A DNA stretch of 64,000 nucleotides from Alphaproteobacteria bacterium (lineage in GTDB: Bacteria > Pseudomonadota > Alphaproteobacteria > JABAAW01): the NCBI GenBank assembly GCA_965216625.1, contig OZ244186.1, forward strand, positions 1,347,594-1,411,593, in the 5' to 3' direction. This document shows, in pieces, positions 19,080 to 29,542 of the stretch. Positions within the stretch are counted from its first letter, which is position 1. Each line of letters begins with the position of its first letter. The translations under genes were made by a program, and so were the position numbers. The notes beneath the pieces are model-generated. The model ran no database searches. It worked only from the letters and a program-made list of their open reading frames with translations, and was not told where the DNA came from.

Positions 19080-20078
19080 TTAGAATCTCTCGACCGCCTC
19101 CTCTGATAGAGGGGGTTGCAGCGAGGTTTGCGGTGGAGTTTTCGACAAGGATGTTAGCAAGCGTTGAGCGAGCGCGCGTCCCAGCGTTTCTGCGTCCTGC
19201 TCTTTGCCTGCGATTGTGTCTTGCTTCTTCTGCCCTCCTTCGATGACGAACGCTGTCAGGGTGAGCGTGTCCTCGCGCAAGTGTGCGGATGCGCCCAACG
19301 GGGTATAGCAGCTTCCTGAGACGGCTTTGAGAAATGCGCGTTCGGCAGAAACCTCTGCGTGGCTTGTTATGTCGGAGATTTCGCGCAATAGCGCGAGCAT
19401 CTCGGCATCGTCGCTACGCGCGACCAAAGCGATTGCGCCTTGTCCTGCTGCGGGGAGGAATTTTTTTTCGTCCAGCATGCACAAAGGCACAGTGATGCCG
19501 AGTCTTTGCAAGGCGCAGCGAGCCATGACGATTGCATCGTTTTTTCCTTCGTCGAGGCTTCGGAGTCTTCGCTCGATGTTTCCGCGCAAGGTTTGAATGT
19601 TGAGATCGGGTCGGATCGTCTTGACGAGCGCTTCGCGGCGCGGCGACGATGTGCCGATGGTAGCGGCGCGCGCGAGGCTAGCTAGCCCTCCTCCGTCGGG
19701 GTTGCGCATCACGAGACAATCGCGTCGTTCGCCACGCGGCAGGTATGCTGCGATCGCCGTTCCCGTTGCGAGCGTCGATTCCATGTCCTTTGCCGAGTGC
19801 ACTGCCAAATCGATCGTGCCGTCGAGCAGCGCGCGATCGAGCTCTTTGGTAAAGAGCCCCTTGCCGCCTATCTCGGCGAGCGGGCGATCGAGAACACGGT
19901 CGCCGCTTGCGACGAAGTGCTGCAGGCTTAGCGAGGGCATCTCTGCGCTTCCTCTTGAAGCAAGGACGCGCGGGAGGGCGGAGCGTAGAAAACGCTGTGC
20001 GAGCGAAGCCTGCGCGCGCGAAAGGGGCGAGCGGCGCGTGCCGAGACGCCAAGCGGCAGAAGGCGCAGCAGAGGTCAT
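19080..20078 (-). CDS. hemC: Porphobilinogen deaminase (hydroxymethylbilane synthase)
   Basis: LGTRRSPLSRAQASLA..., GGKGLFTKELDRALLDGTIDLAVHSAKD and the cofactor Cys region GSCYTPLGA. Confidence 0.9.
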   Translation of the reverse strand: MTSAAPSAAWRLGTRRSPLSRAQASLAQRFLRSALPRVLASRGSAEMPSLSLQHFVASGDRVLDRPLAEIGGKGLFTKELDRALLDGTIDLAVHSAKDMESTLATGTAIAAYLPRGERRDCLVMRNPDGGGLASLARAATIGTSSPRREALVKTIRPDLNIQTLRGNIERRLRSLDEGKNDAIVMARCALQRLGITVPLCMLDEKKFLPAAGQGAIALVARSDDAEMLALLREISDITSHAEVSAERAFLKAVSGSCYTPLGASAHLREDTLTLTAFVIEGGQKKQDTIAGKEQDAETLGRALAQRLLTSLSKTPPQTSLQPPLSEEAVERF

Positions 20079-20237
20079 GGAAGCAACAATCCTAGTACGA
20101 TTTTTTTTGGCAGAATAAAAACTTCAAGTCAAACAAAAGCCAAACAACAGCGTGAAATAAAAACTCTCCGCAACGATAGAGCAAGCGAGGCGATGTGTCT
20201 ATATTGCGCGCTGTCTATTGTGCGCTTGTTTTGGGGT

Positions 20238-21476
20238 TTAATTTTCGACCACCTCGATGGCGAGCGCGAGGGCTTCTCCGCCGCCGATACAAATCGCTGC
20301 CATGCCGCGCTTCAGGTTTCTTGCGCGCAGGGCGGAGAGGAGGGTGATGAGAATGCGTGCGCCCGATGCGCCGATGGGGTGTCCGAGCGCGCACGCGCCG
20401 CCATTCACATTGACGCGCTCGGCTGGCAGGCGCAGGGTTTGCATCGTTGCCAGGGTGACGATGGCGAAGGCTTCGTTGATTTCAAACAGATCGACATCCT
20501 CAAAGTTCCAACCGCAGGCTTGTTCGAGTTTTTGCAACGCTTGGATAGGGGCGAGCGTGAATCGTTGGGGTTCGCGCGCGTGCGAGGCGGAGGCTTTGAT
20601 TTCGGCGAGGATGCGCCAGCTTTGTTTTTCGGCAAACGATCTTCGAGCGAGGACGAGCATCGCAGCCCCGTCGGAGATCGAGGAAGAGTTGGCGGCGGTG
20701 ACGCTGCCGTCTTTTACAAATGCGCCTTTCAGAAGTGGAATCTTGGCGATATCCGACTTGAAGGGTTGTTCGTCTTGCTGCACGAGCGTCTCTTTTTTGC
20801 GCGAGGAGATTGTTACGGGAACGATTTCTTCCTTGAAACTGCCGTCTTCATTAGCACGCCGCGCTTCGGTGAGCGAGCGGATGGCGAAGTCGTCCATCTG
20901 CTTACGCGAGATCTGCAACTCTTGCGCGGTCTCTTCGGCGAAGACTCCCATACTTTTATTTTGCCCACCTGCTTGCGAATAGGCGTCTTCCAAGCCGTCG
21001 CACAGCATGTGGTCGATGAGGTGCGCGTGTCCCATACGCAAGCCGCCGCGCGCGTTGGGGAGGATGTAGGGAGCGTTGCTCATGCTTTCCATGCCGCCTG
21101 CGAGAATGGCGGTGTTGGCGGTGTTGGCGTTGTGCTGTAGCGCATCGCCCGCCATCATCACTGTCTTCAGCCCTGAGCCGCACATTTTGTTGATTGTCGT
21201 TGCGCCCACGCTATCTGGGAGTTTTGCGGCTCGTGTAGCTTGACGCGCGGGGGCTTGTCCGATGCCTGCGGATAGCACGCAGCCGATGAGGCTTTCGGAG
21301 AAAATGTTGTTGATGGGGTCGTTATTGTAGTTGATGTCTTGCAGGCAGGCTTGGATGCAGCGGGAGGCGAGGTAGGGGGCGGAGGCGGGTGCGAGGCAGC
21401 CTTGGAAGCTACCGATGGGGGTACGACGGGCGGCGACGATGACGACGGGGTCTTTTGGATCGAGGGCTTGCGACAT
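20238..21476 (-). CDS. Acetyl-CoA C-acetyltransferase (thiolase II)
   Basis: Active-site motifs NKMCGSGLK, the NGGACALGHPIGASGAR region and CIGGGEALALAIEV. The track start at 21587 overlaps tRNA-Val. The biological start is MSQALDPKDPVVIVAARRTPIG at 21476. Confidence 0.85.
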   Translation of the reverse strand: MSQALDPKDPVVIVAARRTPIGSFQGCLAPASAPYLASRCIQACLQDINYNNDPINNIFSESLIGCVLSAGIGQAPARQATRAAKLPDSVGATTINKMCGSGLKTVMMAGDALQHNANTANTAILAGGMESMSNAPYILPNARGGLRMGHAHLIDHMLCDGLEDAYSQAGGQNKSMGVFAEETAQELQISRKQMDDFAIRSLTEARRANEDGSFKEEIVPVTISSRKKETLVQQDEQPFKSDIAKIPLLKGAFVKDGSVTAANSSSISDGAAMLVLARRSFAEKQSWRILAEIKASASHAREPQRFTLAPIQALQKLEQACGWNFEDVDLFEINEAFAIVTLATMQTLRLPAERVNVNGGACALGHPIGASGARILITLLSALRARNLKRGMAAICIGGGEALALAIEVVEN

Positions 21477-21517
21477 GGGAATTGGTGAGGAGGCAAAGGG
21501 GGCAAAGAGGGGAGGCG

Positions 21518-21589
21518 TGGGTACGGTTGGGATTGAACCAACGACTTCTGCCGTGTGAAGGCAACGCTCTACCGCTGAGCTACGCACCC
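21518..21589 (-). tRNA. tRNA-Val (anticodon CAC)
   Basis: Reverse complement GGGTGCGTAGCTCAGCGGTAGAGCGTTGCCTTCACACGGCAGAAGTCGTTGGTTCAATCCCAACCGTACCC. It folds as a cloverleaf with anticodon loop TTCACAC. Confidence 0.8.
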
Positions 21590-21617
21590 TTATCAGAATT
21601 TTTTCGGGGGAGGGGAG

Positions 21618-21775
21618 GTCGCTACAGGTAGCCTAGCCGATGGCGGGCGAAAGGTCAATTTACGAAACGCGCGTAGAAGGCGCTATCGCGCCCCGCTGAC
21701 GCGGGGTCTTCGTGGGGGGAATTTATCCCCCCACACCCCCCCGCGTGCTACGCACGCGATGTTTTGCGCCCGTAA
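21618..21775. repeat. Mosaic palindromic intergenic repeat, copy 2
   Basis: It shares gcgcgtagaaggcgctatcgcgccccgctgacgcggggtctt...ggggggaatttatcccccc with the other copies. Confidence 0.8.
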
Positions 21776-21795
21776 AGACTACCCACTCCCATCAT

Positions 21796-22302
21796 TTACT
21801 CCCAAGCCCCCACCCTCTCAATCTTCCCCCCATCCCCCCCCAGTCGCACCACCAACTCCCCAATCGAACACCCCAACGCCGGATCACAAAAATTCGACGC
21901 AATCTCCTCAAGCGGCAACAAAACAAAAGCTCGCTCCCCACGACAAGGATGAGGAACAACTAACCCATCCCCAACAATAATCCGCTGCTCGTAATACAAT
22001 AAATCTAAGTCAATCACACGCGAAGCATAACGACGACTCGATACAACCCTCCCTAACCCCCGCTCCAAATCCTTCAGCCGAACAAGCAACGCCTCAGGCG
22101 ACAAACGCGTCCGACAACAACAAACCGCGTTGAGAAAATCAGGCTGGGCAGAGTCATACATCGCACAACTCCGATACAACGACGAAAAACGCTCGACAAC
22201 AATATCCCCCCCCGAACCCAAAGCCTCGCGCGCCGCCAACAAGTGAAACCTCTTGTCACCAAGGTTACTGCCCAAAGCAACAAAAATAGGAGAATGCCAC
22301 AT
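21796..22302 (-). CDS. folK: 2-amino-4-hydroxy-6-hydroxymethyldihydropteridine pyrophosphokinase (HPPK)
   Basis: IFVALGSNLGD, the NAVCCC..RLSPEALL region and ERFSSLYRS..., then DLDLL. Confidence 0.85.
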   Translation of the reverse strand: MWHSPIFVALGSNLGDKRFHLLAAREALGSGGDIVVERFSSLYRSCAMYDSAQPDFLNAVCCCRTRLSPEALLVRLKDLERGLGRVVSSRRYASRVIDLDLLYYEQRIIVGDGLVVPHPCRGERAFVLLPLEEIASNFCDPALGCSIGELVVRLGGDGGKIERVGAWE

Positions 22303-22345
22303 CCTTCCCTCGAAAATATGCCGCAGAAATATGCCGCCAGAAGTA

Positions 22346-22417
22346 TGCCGAAGGGGAGATTCGAACTCCCGGCCTACTGATTACGAATCAGTTGCTCTAC
22401 CCCTGAGCTACTTCGGC
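22346..22417 (-). tRNA. tRNA-Thr (anticodon CGT)
   Basis: Reverse complement GCCGAAGTAGCTCAGGGGTAGAGCAACTGATTCGTAATCAGTAGGCCGGGAGTTCGAATCTCCCCTTCGGCA, with a perfect 7-bp acceptor stem. Confidence 0.85.
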
Positions 22418-22561
22418 TCTATCGAACACGCTCCGATAACATGCTAGCAAACTTTTCCCCCCTCTCTCGCACAATATATTGCACACGACAACTCTGATGC
22501 TTTATACGCGAGCCGTTTTGCACTATCATGCATCGCGTCTCCCTTTGTTTTCACAGGATGC

Positions 22562-23695
22562 ATGCGCGTTCTCGATCGCCATATTTTTTCTTCCCTGACG
22601 GCTGTCTTTTTGCTCGCCTTAGCGAGCCTCTTGTTGCTGTTCTTCTCGGTGCTGATTCTGCGCTACAGCAGCCTGATTTCGGAACACCACCAAGTTCTCT
22701 CTGCGGTTGTCATCACTTGCATTGTAGGCATCCCGATGCATGTGAGCTTTTTTATTCCCCCCGCCTCAGGGATTGCAACCTTCTTATGCATGCGCAACTG
22801 GCAACGCGAGGGCGCATGGTTGGGTAGCGTTGCCTCCGGCTACGACATTCGCCGATGGCGCTTTCCCTTCCTGCTATTCGCGCTTTTTTGCTCGGTGATG
22901 GGTTGGGTGTTCACGCTTTGGATCGGTCCCTACGGAGCAAGGGATTATTTTGCTCGGGTCGGCAATCTCTACGCGGATCGCTTCTTCCTCTCGACAGAGC
23001 CGAAACGCTTTGTCGAGCTGACCGACGGGGTGAGGCTGTGGGTCGAATCGAAACCCTCACAAGACGATCTGCGCAACCTAGTGCTGACGATCAAAAAGGA
23101 CGATCGCCACACCCTCTTGGCAGCGCAATCAGGACGGCTGTTGCGAAGCGAGGGCGGAATGATGCTGGAAGCGCGCAACGGCACTGTATCGATTTTCGAG
23201 AAAAAAGTTTCTCAAACGATCCGCTTTGAGAAGTTTTACTACGGCTTGGAAAGCCTTCTCAACCCACAGCGAAACTGGCAAACGCGCTGGAAGAATTGGA
23301 CACGCCTGGAAATACCGACCGCATTGCTCTTAGAACGAATAGCGCTCGCACGACAGACGAATGCCGACAACCTTGAGGCGCAGAAACGCGAGACGCTGCT
23401 GCAAGGAGAACGAGCAAGGCGCGAGTTTGTGTTGCGCCTCGCCTATCCGTTACTCTCTCCTGTGTATGTTTTGGCGATCTTTGCCCTCGCTGCCCCGAGG
23501 AGGGCGCGCGGAGAAAATCGCTGGAACGGACTTGCCGCCTTCTCGTTTGTGATCGTCTACAGTACGGCTCATATCTACGCGGTCACACTCTCGGAACGAG
23601 GAGGATGGGCGACGGGTGCCGTGTTCGCTCTGAGCGCTGCGGTTTGTGCGGGTGCCTACGCGCTGACAGAGCGCAAAGTCGAAGCGCAAGCATGA
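22562..23695 (+). CDS. lptF: LPS export ABC permease LptF (YjgP/YjgQ family)
   Basis: Six-TM permease with the pattern MRVLDRHIFSSL. lptG and lptD follow it. Confidence 0.7.
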   Translation: MRVLDRHIFSSLTAVFLLALASLLLLFFSVLILRYSSLISEHHQVLSAVVITCIVGIPMHVSFFIPPASGIATFLCMRNWQREGAWLGSVASGYDIRRWRFPFLLFALFCSVMGWVFTLWIGPYGARDYFARVGNLYADRFFLSTEPKRFVELTDGVRLWVESKPSQDDLRNLVLTIKKDDRHTLLAAQSGRLLRSEGGMMLEARNGTVSIFEKKVSQTIRFEKFYYGLESLLNPQRNWQTRWKNWTRLEIPTALLLERIALARQTNADNLEAQKRETLLQGERARREFVLRLAYPLLSPVYVLAIFALAAPRRARGENRWNGLAAFSFVIVYSTAHIYAVTLSERGGWATGAVFALSAAVCAGAYALTERKVEAQA

Positions 23696-24756
23696 GCCTT
23701 TTGGGAAGATTTCTTTTTAAACACCTCGCGCTGCACTTGGGAGGCGTGTGGGCAGTTCTCACGCTCAGCGTCTTCGTCTTGGGGGTCGTCGAGCTCTCGA
23801 TGAACCGACTCAGCTATGCCGTCGGACGAGAAACGAGCTCCGTCTTCGCACAGACCCTGCGCGACCGAGGCAACGATCTGCCCGAATACGCATCCGAAAC
23901 AATGGCTTACGCTGTCTTGGCGGGATTCCTCTTAGGCTTTTGGACGCTATGGCGACGCAGAGAGTTCCTGCAATACCAACTGCTCGGGGCCAGAGGCATC
24001 CTGTGGCGCTACGCTGTCCTCGCAGGATTGCTCTGCGGAACGCTGCACATGACAGTCGTTGAGAACTGGAAACACCAACAAGACACAAGCAGCACCAAAA
24101 TCGTCCGCCACAACCTCAAGATCATACGCGACACGCAACAGGGAGAAAAAATCATGCTGTTTGCCGATCGCTATCATCCGCACAACGGCGCACTAGAAAA
24201 AGTGCATGTCATCAAAGCCAACGAGACCTTTCGAGTACAAGCCGTCTTCTTGGCAGAGAGCGGACGCATCGAACCCACCGCTTGGGTGATCCGAAAGGGA
24301 GCGAGCTTAGACGCAGCAGGAAAAAAAACGCCTTTCCTCCAAAAACAATTCGCCATCGATACCGATTTGGCAGCGCTCGCTCACGCATTGCAACCCAACC
24401 CGCAAGTCTTGTCGCTCTTGAAACTGCCGCAAGCCTTCCGCGCCGCACGAGCGAACGCACGCAACACCAAGCCCTTCGTCGACCGCGCGCTGTTCCTGCT
24501 GAGCCTGCCCCTCTTCTACGCCAGTTTCGGCGTGCTCGCCTACGCCCTGTGTCTCACGCTGCCGCATCGCACTACGGGAGCGCGCATGGCATTACTCATC
24601 GTGCTTCTGCCTAGCAGCATCGAGTTCCTGCGACATATTGCCTGGTCGCGCGTCTACGCCGACAGCCTGCATGGAATCCTTCCCGCTCTCGGCATTCCGC
24701 TCGCCTTCGCTTGCGCGACAGCTTTTCTCGTGCGCAACGAACGCCTGTTCTCGTAA
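23692..24756 (+). CDS. lptG: LPS export ABC permease LptG
   Basis: MSLLGRFLFKHLALHLGGVWAVLTLSVFVLG is the YjgQ-family N-terminus. The ATG overlaps the lptF stop (ATGA). Confidence 0.7.
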   Translation: MSLLGRFLFKHLALHLGGVWAVLTLSVFVLGVVELSMNRLSYAVGRETSSVFAQTLRDRGNDLPEYASETMAYAVLAGFLLGFWTLWRRREFLQYQLLGARGILWRYAVLAGLLCGTLHMTVVENWKHQQDTSSTKIVRHNLKIIRDTQQGEKIMLFADRYHPHNGALEKVHVIKANETFRVQAVFLAESGRIEPTAWVIRKGASLDAAGKKTPFLQKQFAIDTDLAALAHALQPNPQVLSLLKLPQAFRAARANARNTKPFVDRALFLLSLPLFYASFGVLAYALCLTLPHRTTGARMALLIVLLPSSIEFLRHIAWSRVYADSLHGILPALGIPLAFACATAFLVRNERLFS

Positions 24757-24766
24757 AAACACTGCC

Positions 24767-27166
24767 ATGCAACAGGCACGAGCCATACGCGCGCCAGCCC
24801 TTCGCACCACCCGCCTTGTTGCGCTCGTCCTCTGCGCCGCGCTGCTCGCCATGAAATGCTCGAAGCCTGCCCAAGCTCAGCAACAAGACGAGCCGAACGA
24901 CGATCGCATGTGGGCAGACAAAATCTTCTACGAAAGCACGCCGAGACATTTCCGCGCACAAGGAGACGTACGATTGCGCATACACCGCGACGATGGGCGA
25001 ATTCTCATTCTAACCGACCGCCTCGAGTACGACAAAACGACAGGAACCGTTCGCGCTCAAGGAGGGCACTTCGGCAAAGGGCGCAACCGCAGGACGCAAG
25101 GTGCCTTGCGCCTAACCTCAGGTGATGTCTTCTTTTTTCAACGCTTGGAAACAGACGACAACCTGCAACCCCTGAAAGGCGAAGGATTGGGATGGCGCGA
25201 AGCAGAAAAGCACGGCGGACTCAGCGCCGCAACCTTTCGCCAAAGCAAGCGCGTCGATAACAAGAAGCAAAACAAGAAGACACACAAGCAAGACGACTGG
25301 ATCTTTCGCGACATACGCTACACCCGTTGTCCCATCTGCGCGGATGCGCGGGCAAAACAAGAACTAGCGGTGCTTGAGCTAGCAAAGCAGGCAAAAAAGG
25401 GTGACGGCAAAGGGGCAGCAGCGACAGAAGCACAACGAACCTTATCACAACGAACTTTTCCTCCGCTGTGGCGAATCGATGCCACGCGCATGCGTTGGGA
25501 GCGTTTCGAGGGCAAGACGCAAGGATGGTTTGCCGATGTACCGCGCATCCACCTGCGCCACCCGCGCTTGAGCCTCTACGGAGTGCCTATCTTCTACACG
25601 CCCTATTTGTCATTTCCGCGCGATGGCGTGCGTGCGTCCGGGCTGCTGTCGCCACGCTACGGGCAGAGCAGCCAGCGAGGATGGTATACAGCCTTACCGC
25701 TCTACTGGGCACCGCACCGCAGCTGGGATATGACCTATGTTCCCATCTTCACGACAGACAACAAGGACGCAAGTCGTTTTGAAACTCGCGCCGCTTGGAG
25801 CGTCGGGGGAAAAGACGAAAAAGCTGCGAAAAAGCAAGCAGCACACCTATTCGACATAACGGCAGCGTGGAGCTTGCCGCACAAAACTATCGGAACTGGC
25901 TCTGACGCACAATTCTTTGCATACGGCAAGGCGAGCTGGCAAGCACCTTGGGGATTGCGCGCCGATGGTATCTATCACGGATTGGGCGACCGACGCTATC
26001 TCAATAACTACGGGCAAGGCGTGAACCTCTTTTCGACGAGCGCACCAGAAAGCCTGACCGACCGCGCGCGCATCGAACATTTCTCAAGAAACGGATACGC
26101 GCGCCTGACGCTGGAAGAACAGCGCGAACTGCTAGCTACACCGCGTGCGGATGCAAGGTTGCTGCCGGAACTCGTCTACAACAACGGCGGCGTTTTTGCA
26201 CGCTCGCGACGAGGCGGCGGATCGTGGAAGATCGAGGGCTTGTGGAGAAGGGCAGAGCAGGACGAGCAAAAAGGCTTTTCTGAAGACTTCTTGCGCCAAG
26301 ACACGGTGAGCGCGGCGGTCTCGCTCGGTTGGCTGCAGAACCTGCCGTTGAGTTTCGTCAGTCAATCGGCGCTCAAGCTTGCAACAACATACCGCCGCGA
26401 TACGCAAGAAGGAGATGTCGTCGTTCCCTTCCCCGAATTTCAGCAGAGCCTAGAAGGGCTTTTTGCCCAAAACTTCCGAAAAGGCAAACGCACCCTGTAC
26501 TTGCGTCCCTTGCTCGAGCTTTACGCTACGCTCGACGAGAACGACAACACGAAATTTAACGAAAGTTTTGGCGGCAAATCTACCTTCTACGAAACGGGAG
26601 CAAGGTTGGGCGATCGTTTAGCTTTCGACAGCGCGCTGGAAAGCGGACAGAGACTGCTCGTAGCAGCAGAGCTCGGGGTGAGGGGGGCGCAAGAAAGCTC
26701 AGCAGCTCTGTTCGCAGCCCCCACCCTGCTGCGACAGAAGGGGGAGGATCTGTCAGGACGGCTATGGACAGGTGCACGCGCCAGCTGGAAAGATCGCCTC
26801 TTGTTTGCGTACGATACAACATGGCTGCTGCCACGCTTGCACCCCCTCAGCCATCGCGCAGAAGCAGAAGTGAGGGGAGAGGACGCCGCCTTGTCGCTCG
26901 CTTACAAAGAATTTCGCGACCCCGACGACCCCCCTTCGCACTACGAGCAAGACATCATCGTCAAGGGCAACCTACGCCTGAAACAGCGATGGAACTTGGA
27001 CATGTCCGCAGGCTACGGCTTCTTGGGAAAGAAGGTGCCGATAGGCTTTTCCTTGACCTACGGGGGCAGTTGTGTCACTCTCAAATTCTCCTATGATCGC
27101 ACTTTCTACAGCGACGGCGAAGACAGCGAAAGCTTCAACGCTTCTCTACGCTTCGAGTTCTCCTAA
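24767..27166 (+). CDS. lptD: LPS-assembly protein LptD (OstA)
   Basis: Signal peptide MQQARAIRAPALRTTRLVALVLCAALLA. About 800 aa, beta-rich. It sits in the conserved lptD-surA-pdxA-rsmA cluster. Confidence 0.8.
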   Translation: MQQARAIRAPALRTTRLVALVLCAALLAMKCSKPAQAQQQDEPNDDRMWADKIFYESTPRHFRAQGDVRLRIHRDDGRILILTDRLEYDKTTGTVRAQGGHFGKGRNRRTQGALRLTSGDVFFFQRLETDDNLQPLKGEGLGWREAEKHGGLSAATFRQSKRVDNKKQNKKTHKQDDWIFRDIRYTRCPICADARAKQELAVLELAKQAKKGDGKGAAATEAQRTLSQRTFPPLWRIDATRMRWERFEGKTQGWFADVPRIHLRHPRLSLYGVPIFYTPYLSFPRDGVRASGLLSPRYGQSSQRGWYTALPLYWAPHRSWDMTYVPIFTTDNKDASRFETRAAWSVGGKDEKAAKKQAAHLFDITAAWSLPHKTIGTGSDAQFFAYGKASWQAPWGLRADGIYHGLGDRRYLNNYGQGVNLFSTSAPESLTDRARIEHFSRNGYARLTLEEQRELLATPRADARLLPELVYNNGGVFARSRRGGGSWKIEGLWRRAEQDEQKGFSEDFLRQDTVSAAVSLGWLQNLPLSFVSQSALKLATTYRRDTQEGDVVVPFPEFQQSLEGLFAQNFRKGKRTLYLRPLLELYATLDENDNTKFNESFGGKSTFYETGARLGDRLAFDSALESGQRLLVAAELGVRGAQESSAALFAAPTLLRQKGEDLSGRLWTGARASWKDRLLFAYDTTWLLPRLHPLSHRAEAEVRGEDAALSLAYKEFRDPDDPPSHYEQDIIVKGNLRLKQRWNLDMSAGYGFLGKKVPIGFSLTYGGSCVTLKFSYDRTFYSDGEDSESFNASLRFEFS

Positions 27167-28463
27167 GCGAGCGAGCAAGTGCCTGCTTGCAAGCATCCTC
27201 CAACGGACGAGAATTCTTGTATTGCCTAATCCGTTTTTCTGTGTGTTTTTCCTGCTGTTTTTCGGTCTGCAAGCCTGCTTGCCCATGGGAGACACGAGGG
27301 CTATGGCGGCGGAGATCGTCGCACGCATCGACGGCGCGATCATCACCGAACGCGATGTCTCAAAGCGTAGCACCGTGTGGCGAAAAAGGCTTGGGCAGCT
27401 GCTACCCAACTTACGCATCGGGAGAAAAGACCTTCAAGCCCTTGCGCTCGACCTGTTGTTACAAGAGAAATTGCAACAACAGCATTTAATCGTAGAGCGC
27501 GCCCTCCCCGTAACAGATGTAGCGGTGAAGAAGAGGCTGTCGCGCTTGAAAACAAAAATTAGCAACAAAACAGAACGGCTGTTTTGGGAAGCGTTTGCAC
27601 GACAAGAACTCACTTGGGAGGGCTATGTCGGGCGTGTAGCAGAGTTCAACTCTCCCGTCACCCCCGAAGACGCGCTCGACGAGCGCGCACGTTTGCGCGT
27701 CAGTGCTAGTGCTGCCGAGCCGCGCTATCGCCTCGAAGAGATATTTCTGCCGCGCTTGGAGGCAGGAGAAAGAACACGCAACGTCGCCGATGCGCTTTAT
27801 CGTTCATTAAGCAGAGGAGGCTCCTTCGCACGCGTTGCCAACGTCTTACCCGCCCCTTATGCGCACGAAGTGCGAGCAAGGCGGCTTCTGTACAGGAGTC
27901 ATTTGCCGCCCGCCGTGCTCGACGCCCTTGAGCGAGGGCGTGTCGGGACAAGAGGCATCGTTCCGCCCGTAACCTCTCCGTACGGCGTTCATCTCTACCG
28001 CATCACGAGACAAGGCTCTAACAAAACGATCCTGCGCTACAGCTTCGTGCAAACCTTCTTTTTGCAAAGCGGGTTCGGAGCAAGTCAGGCTTCGATTCTC
28101 GCCAATCCCGAATTCTGCGACGCGCCGCGAGAGGCCTCGTTGTCTTTGCAAGCCTACGACTTGGAAACCTTCGACGATATTCCCGAAGCCGACCTCAACG
28201 CCAATTTGAAGCTGAGCTTGTCTGCAATGTCGCTTTTTGAGACGGCGGGACCTTTTCCCTTCACGCAAGGCTTGGTCGTGCTGATAACCCTGTGCGACAA
28301 GCAGAAAGCCCCTGATCGCGGCGATTCGTTCGCAGAACTCAAGAACGAACTGCGTCGGAAGCGCGCACGAGCCCTTTCGTTACGGCTTGTCGAAAGCCTG
28401 CGCACGCAAGCCAGCATCGACAAGCAGGGGGACGAAAGCTTGTCTGCCTTGCCTGCTCGATAA
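27072..28463 (+). CDS. surA: Periplasmic chaperone/peptidyl-prolyl isomerase SurA; start codon uncertain
   Basis: It shows the SurA N-terminal domain (AAEIVARIDGAIITERDV...) and parvulin-like regions. The hydrophobic stretch ILVLPNPFFCVFFLLFFGLQA is probably the signal peptide. The true start may be a non-ATG codon downstream of 27072. Confidence 0.65.
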   Translation: MSLSNSPMIALSTATAKTAKASTLLYASSSPKRASKCLLASILQRTRILVLPNPFFCVFFLLFFGLQACLPMGDTRAMAAEIVARIDGAIITERDVSKRSTVWRKRLGQLLPNLRIGRKDLQALALDLLLQEKLQQQHLIVERALPVTDVAVKKRLSRLKTKISNKTERLFWEAFARQELTWEGYVGRVAEFNSPVTPEDALDERARLRVSASAAEPRYRLEEIFLPRLEAGERTRNVADALYRSLSRGGSFARVANVLPAPYAHEVRARRLLYRSHLPPAVLDALERGRVGTRGIVPPVTSPYGVHLYRITRQGSNKTILRYSFVQTFFLQSGFGASQASILANPEFCDAPREASLSLQAYDLETFDDIPEADLNANLKLSLSAMSLFETAGPFPFTQGLVVLITLCDKQKAPDRGDSFAELKNELRRKRARALSLRLVESLRTQASIDKQGDESLSALPAR

Positions 28464-28486
28464 CGCCCGACAAAGAGAATACTACC

Positions 28487-29542
28487 ATGCCTCAACCTCC
28501 GTTGGTCGTCACCGCGGGCAGCCGAGAGAGCATCGGTGCAGAGATTCTTGCTACGGCGTGGAAGATTTGGGCGCAGCGGCATCAAGACAAGCATCCAAAT
28601 AAACTTGGAGAAGAATCGCCGTGCTTTCTTTCGCTCGGCGGTAGCAAGAAAGACTTCGAGGCTTTCGCTGTACCTTGTCGCCGCATCTCGACGATCGAGG
28701 AGACGAGTGCCATCTTTCCGCTCGCCTTACCCTTGTTGGACGAGGGGTTGGAGGCACGCGATTCGATCGACGCAGCCTTAAAGTTATGCACTGAGGGCAA
28801 GGCTTGTGGAATCGTCACGCTTCCTGTCGAAAAGAAAGTGTTTTCCGATAACCCTCTCCTGCAAAACTCGACGACAGCCTCTAAAAACGAGTCTGTCCTT
28901 TGGGGACATACGGAATATATCGCAGCCTCGTTGGGGATTGAGGAATACGGCATGCTGCTCGCTTGGCGCGGGCTGCGCACGTTGCCGATCTCACGCCATG
29001 TCGCGCTACGCCACGCGGTGGAGATACTGGACGAGGAAGGCATCGTAGCGGCGGCGCGGCTTGCTCACAAAGCATTGAGGCAGGATTTCGCCATAAGAAA
29101 GCCTCGGTTGGCGGTCGCGGGGTTGAACCCTCACGCGGGAGAGGGAGGATTGTGCGGGCATGAGGAAAAAACAATTCTACAGCCCGCCATCGATCGTTTG
29201 TGCGAGGAGGGAATCGCAGCGACAGGACCGCATCCGTCGGACAGTCTTTTTCTCCCCCAGATGCGCAAAACTTTCGACTGCGCCTTGACGCTCTACCACG
29301 ACCAGGGATTGATTCCCTTGAAGCTTTTGTCCAACCAGCGAGCGGTCAACATCACGCTGGGCTTACCTGTCGTGCGCTGCTCGCCCGACCATGGCACGGC
29401 GCGCGACCTTGTCGGACGAGGGATCGCCGATGCGGGCAGCCTTATCTCCGCCTTGGAGACGGCGTGGCAGATGGCGAAACAGAGGCAGAAGCATGGAGAA
29501 GATAGAAAGGAGAAAGCTGTCCGTTGCGAGCATGCAGCGTGA
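28487..29542 (+). CDS. pdxA: 4-hydroxythreonine-4-phosphate dehydrogenase
   Basis: PLVVTAGSRESIGAEI, GPHPSDSLF and YHDQGLIPLK are PdxA motifs. Confidence 0.85.
   Translation: MPQPPLVVTAGSRESIGAEILATAWKIWAQRHQDKHPNKLGEESPCFLSLGGSKKDFEAFAVPCRRISTIEETSAIFPLALPLLDEGLEARDSIDAALKLCTEGKACGIVTLPVEKKVFSDNPLLQNSTTASKNESVLWGHTEYIAASLGIEEYGMLLAWRGLRTLPISRHVALRHAVEILDEEGIVAAARLAHKALRQDFAIRKPRLAVAGLNPHAGEGGLCGHEEKTILQPAIDRLCEEGIAATGPHPSDSLFLPQMRKTFDCALTLYHDQGLIPLKLLSNQRAVNITLGLPVVRCSPDHGTARDLVGRGIADAGSLISALETAWQMAKQRQKHGEDRKEKAVRCEHAA

Noticed and set aside
22440-22560. Possible regulatory inverted repeat upstream of lptF (tcatgcatcgcg ... gatgcatgcgcg)
   Set aside because: Short imperfect symmetry only. 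Not distinguishable from chance by eye.
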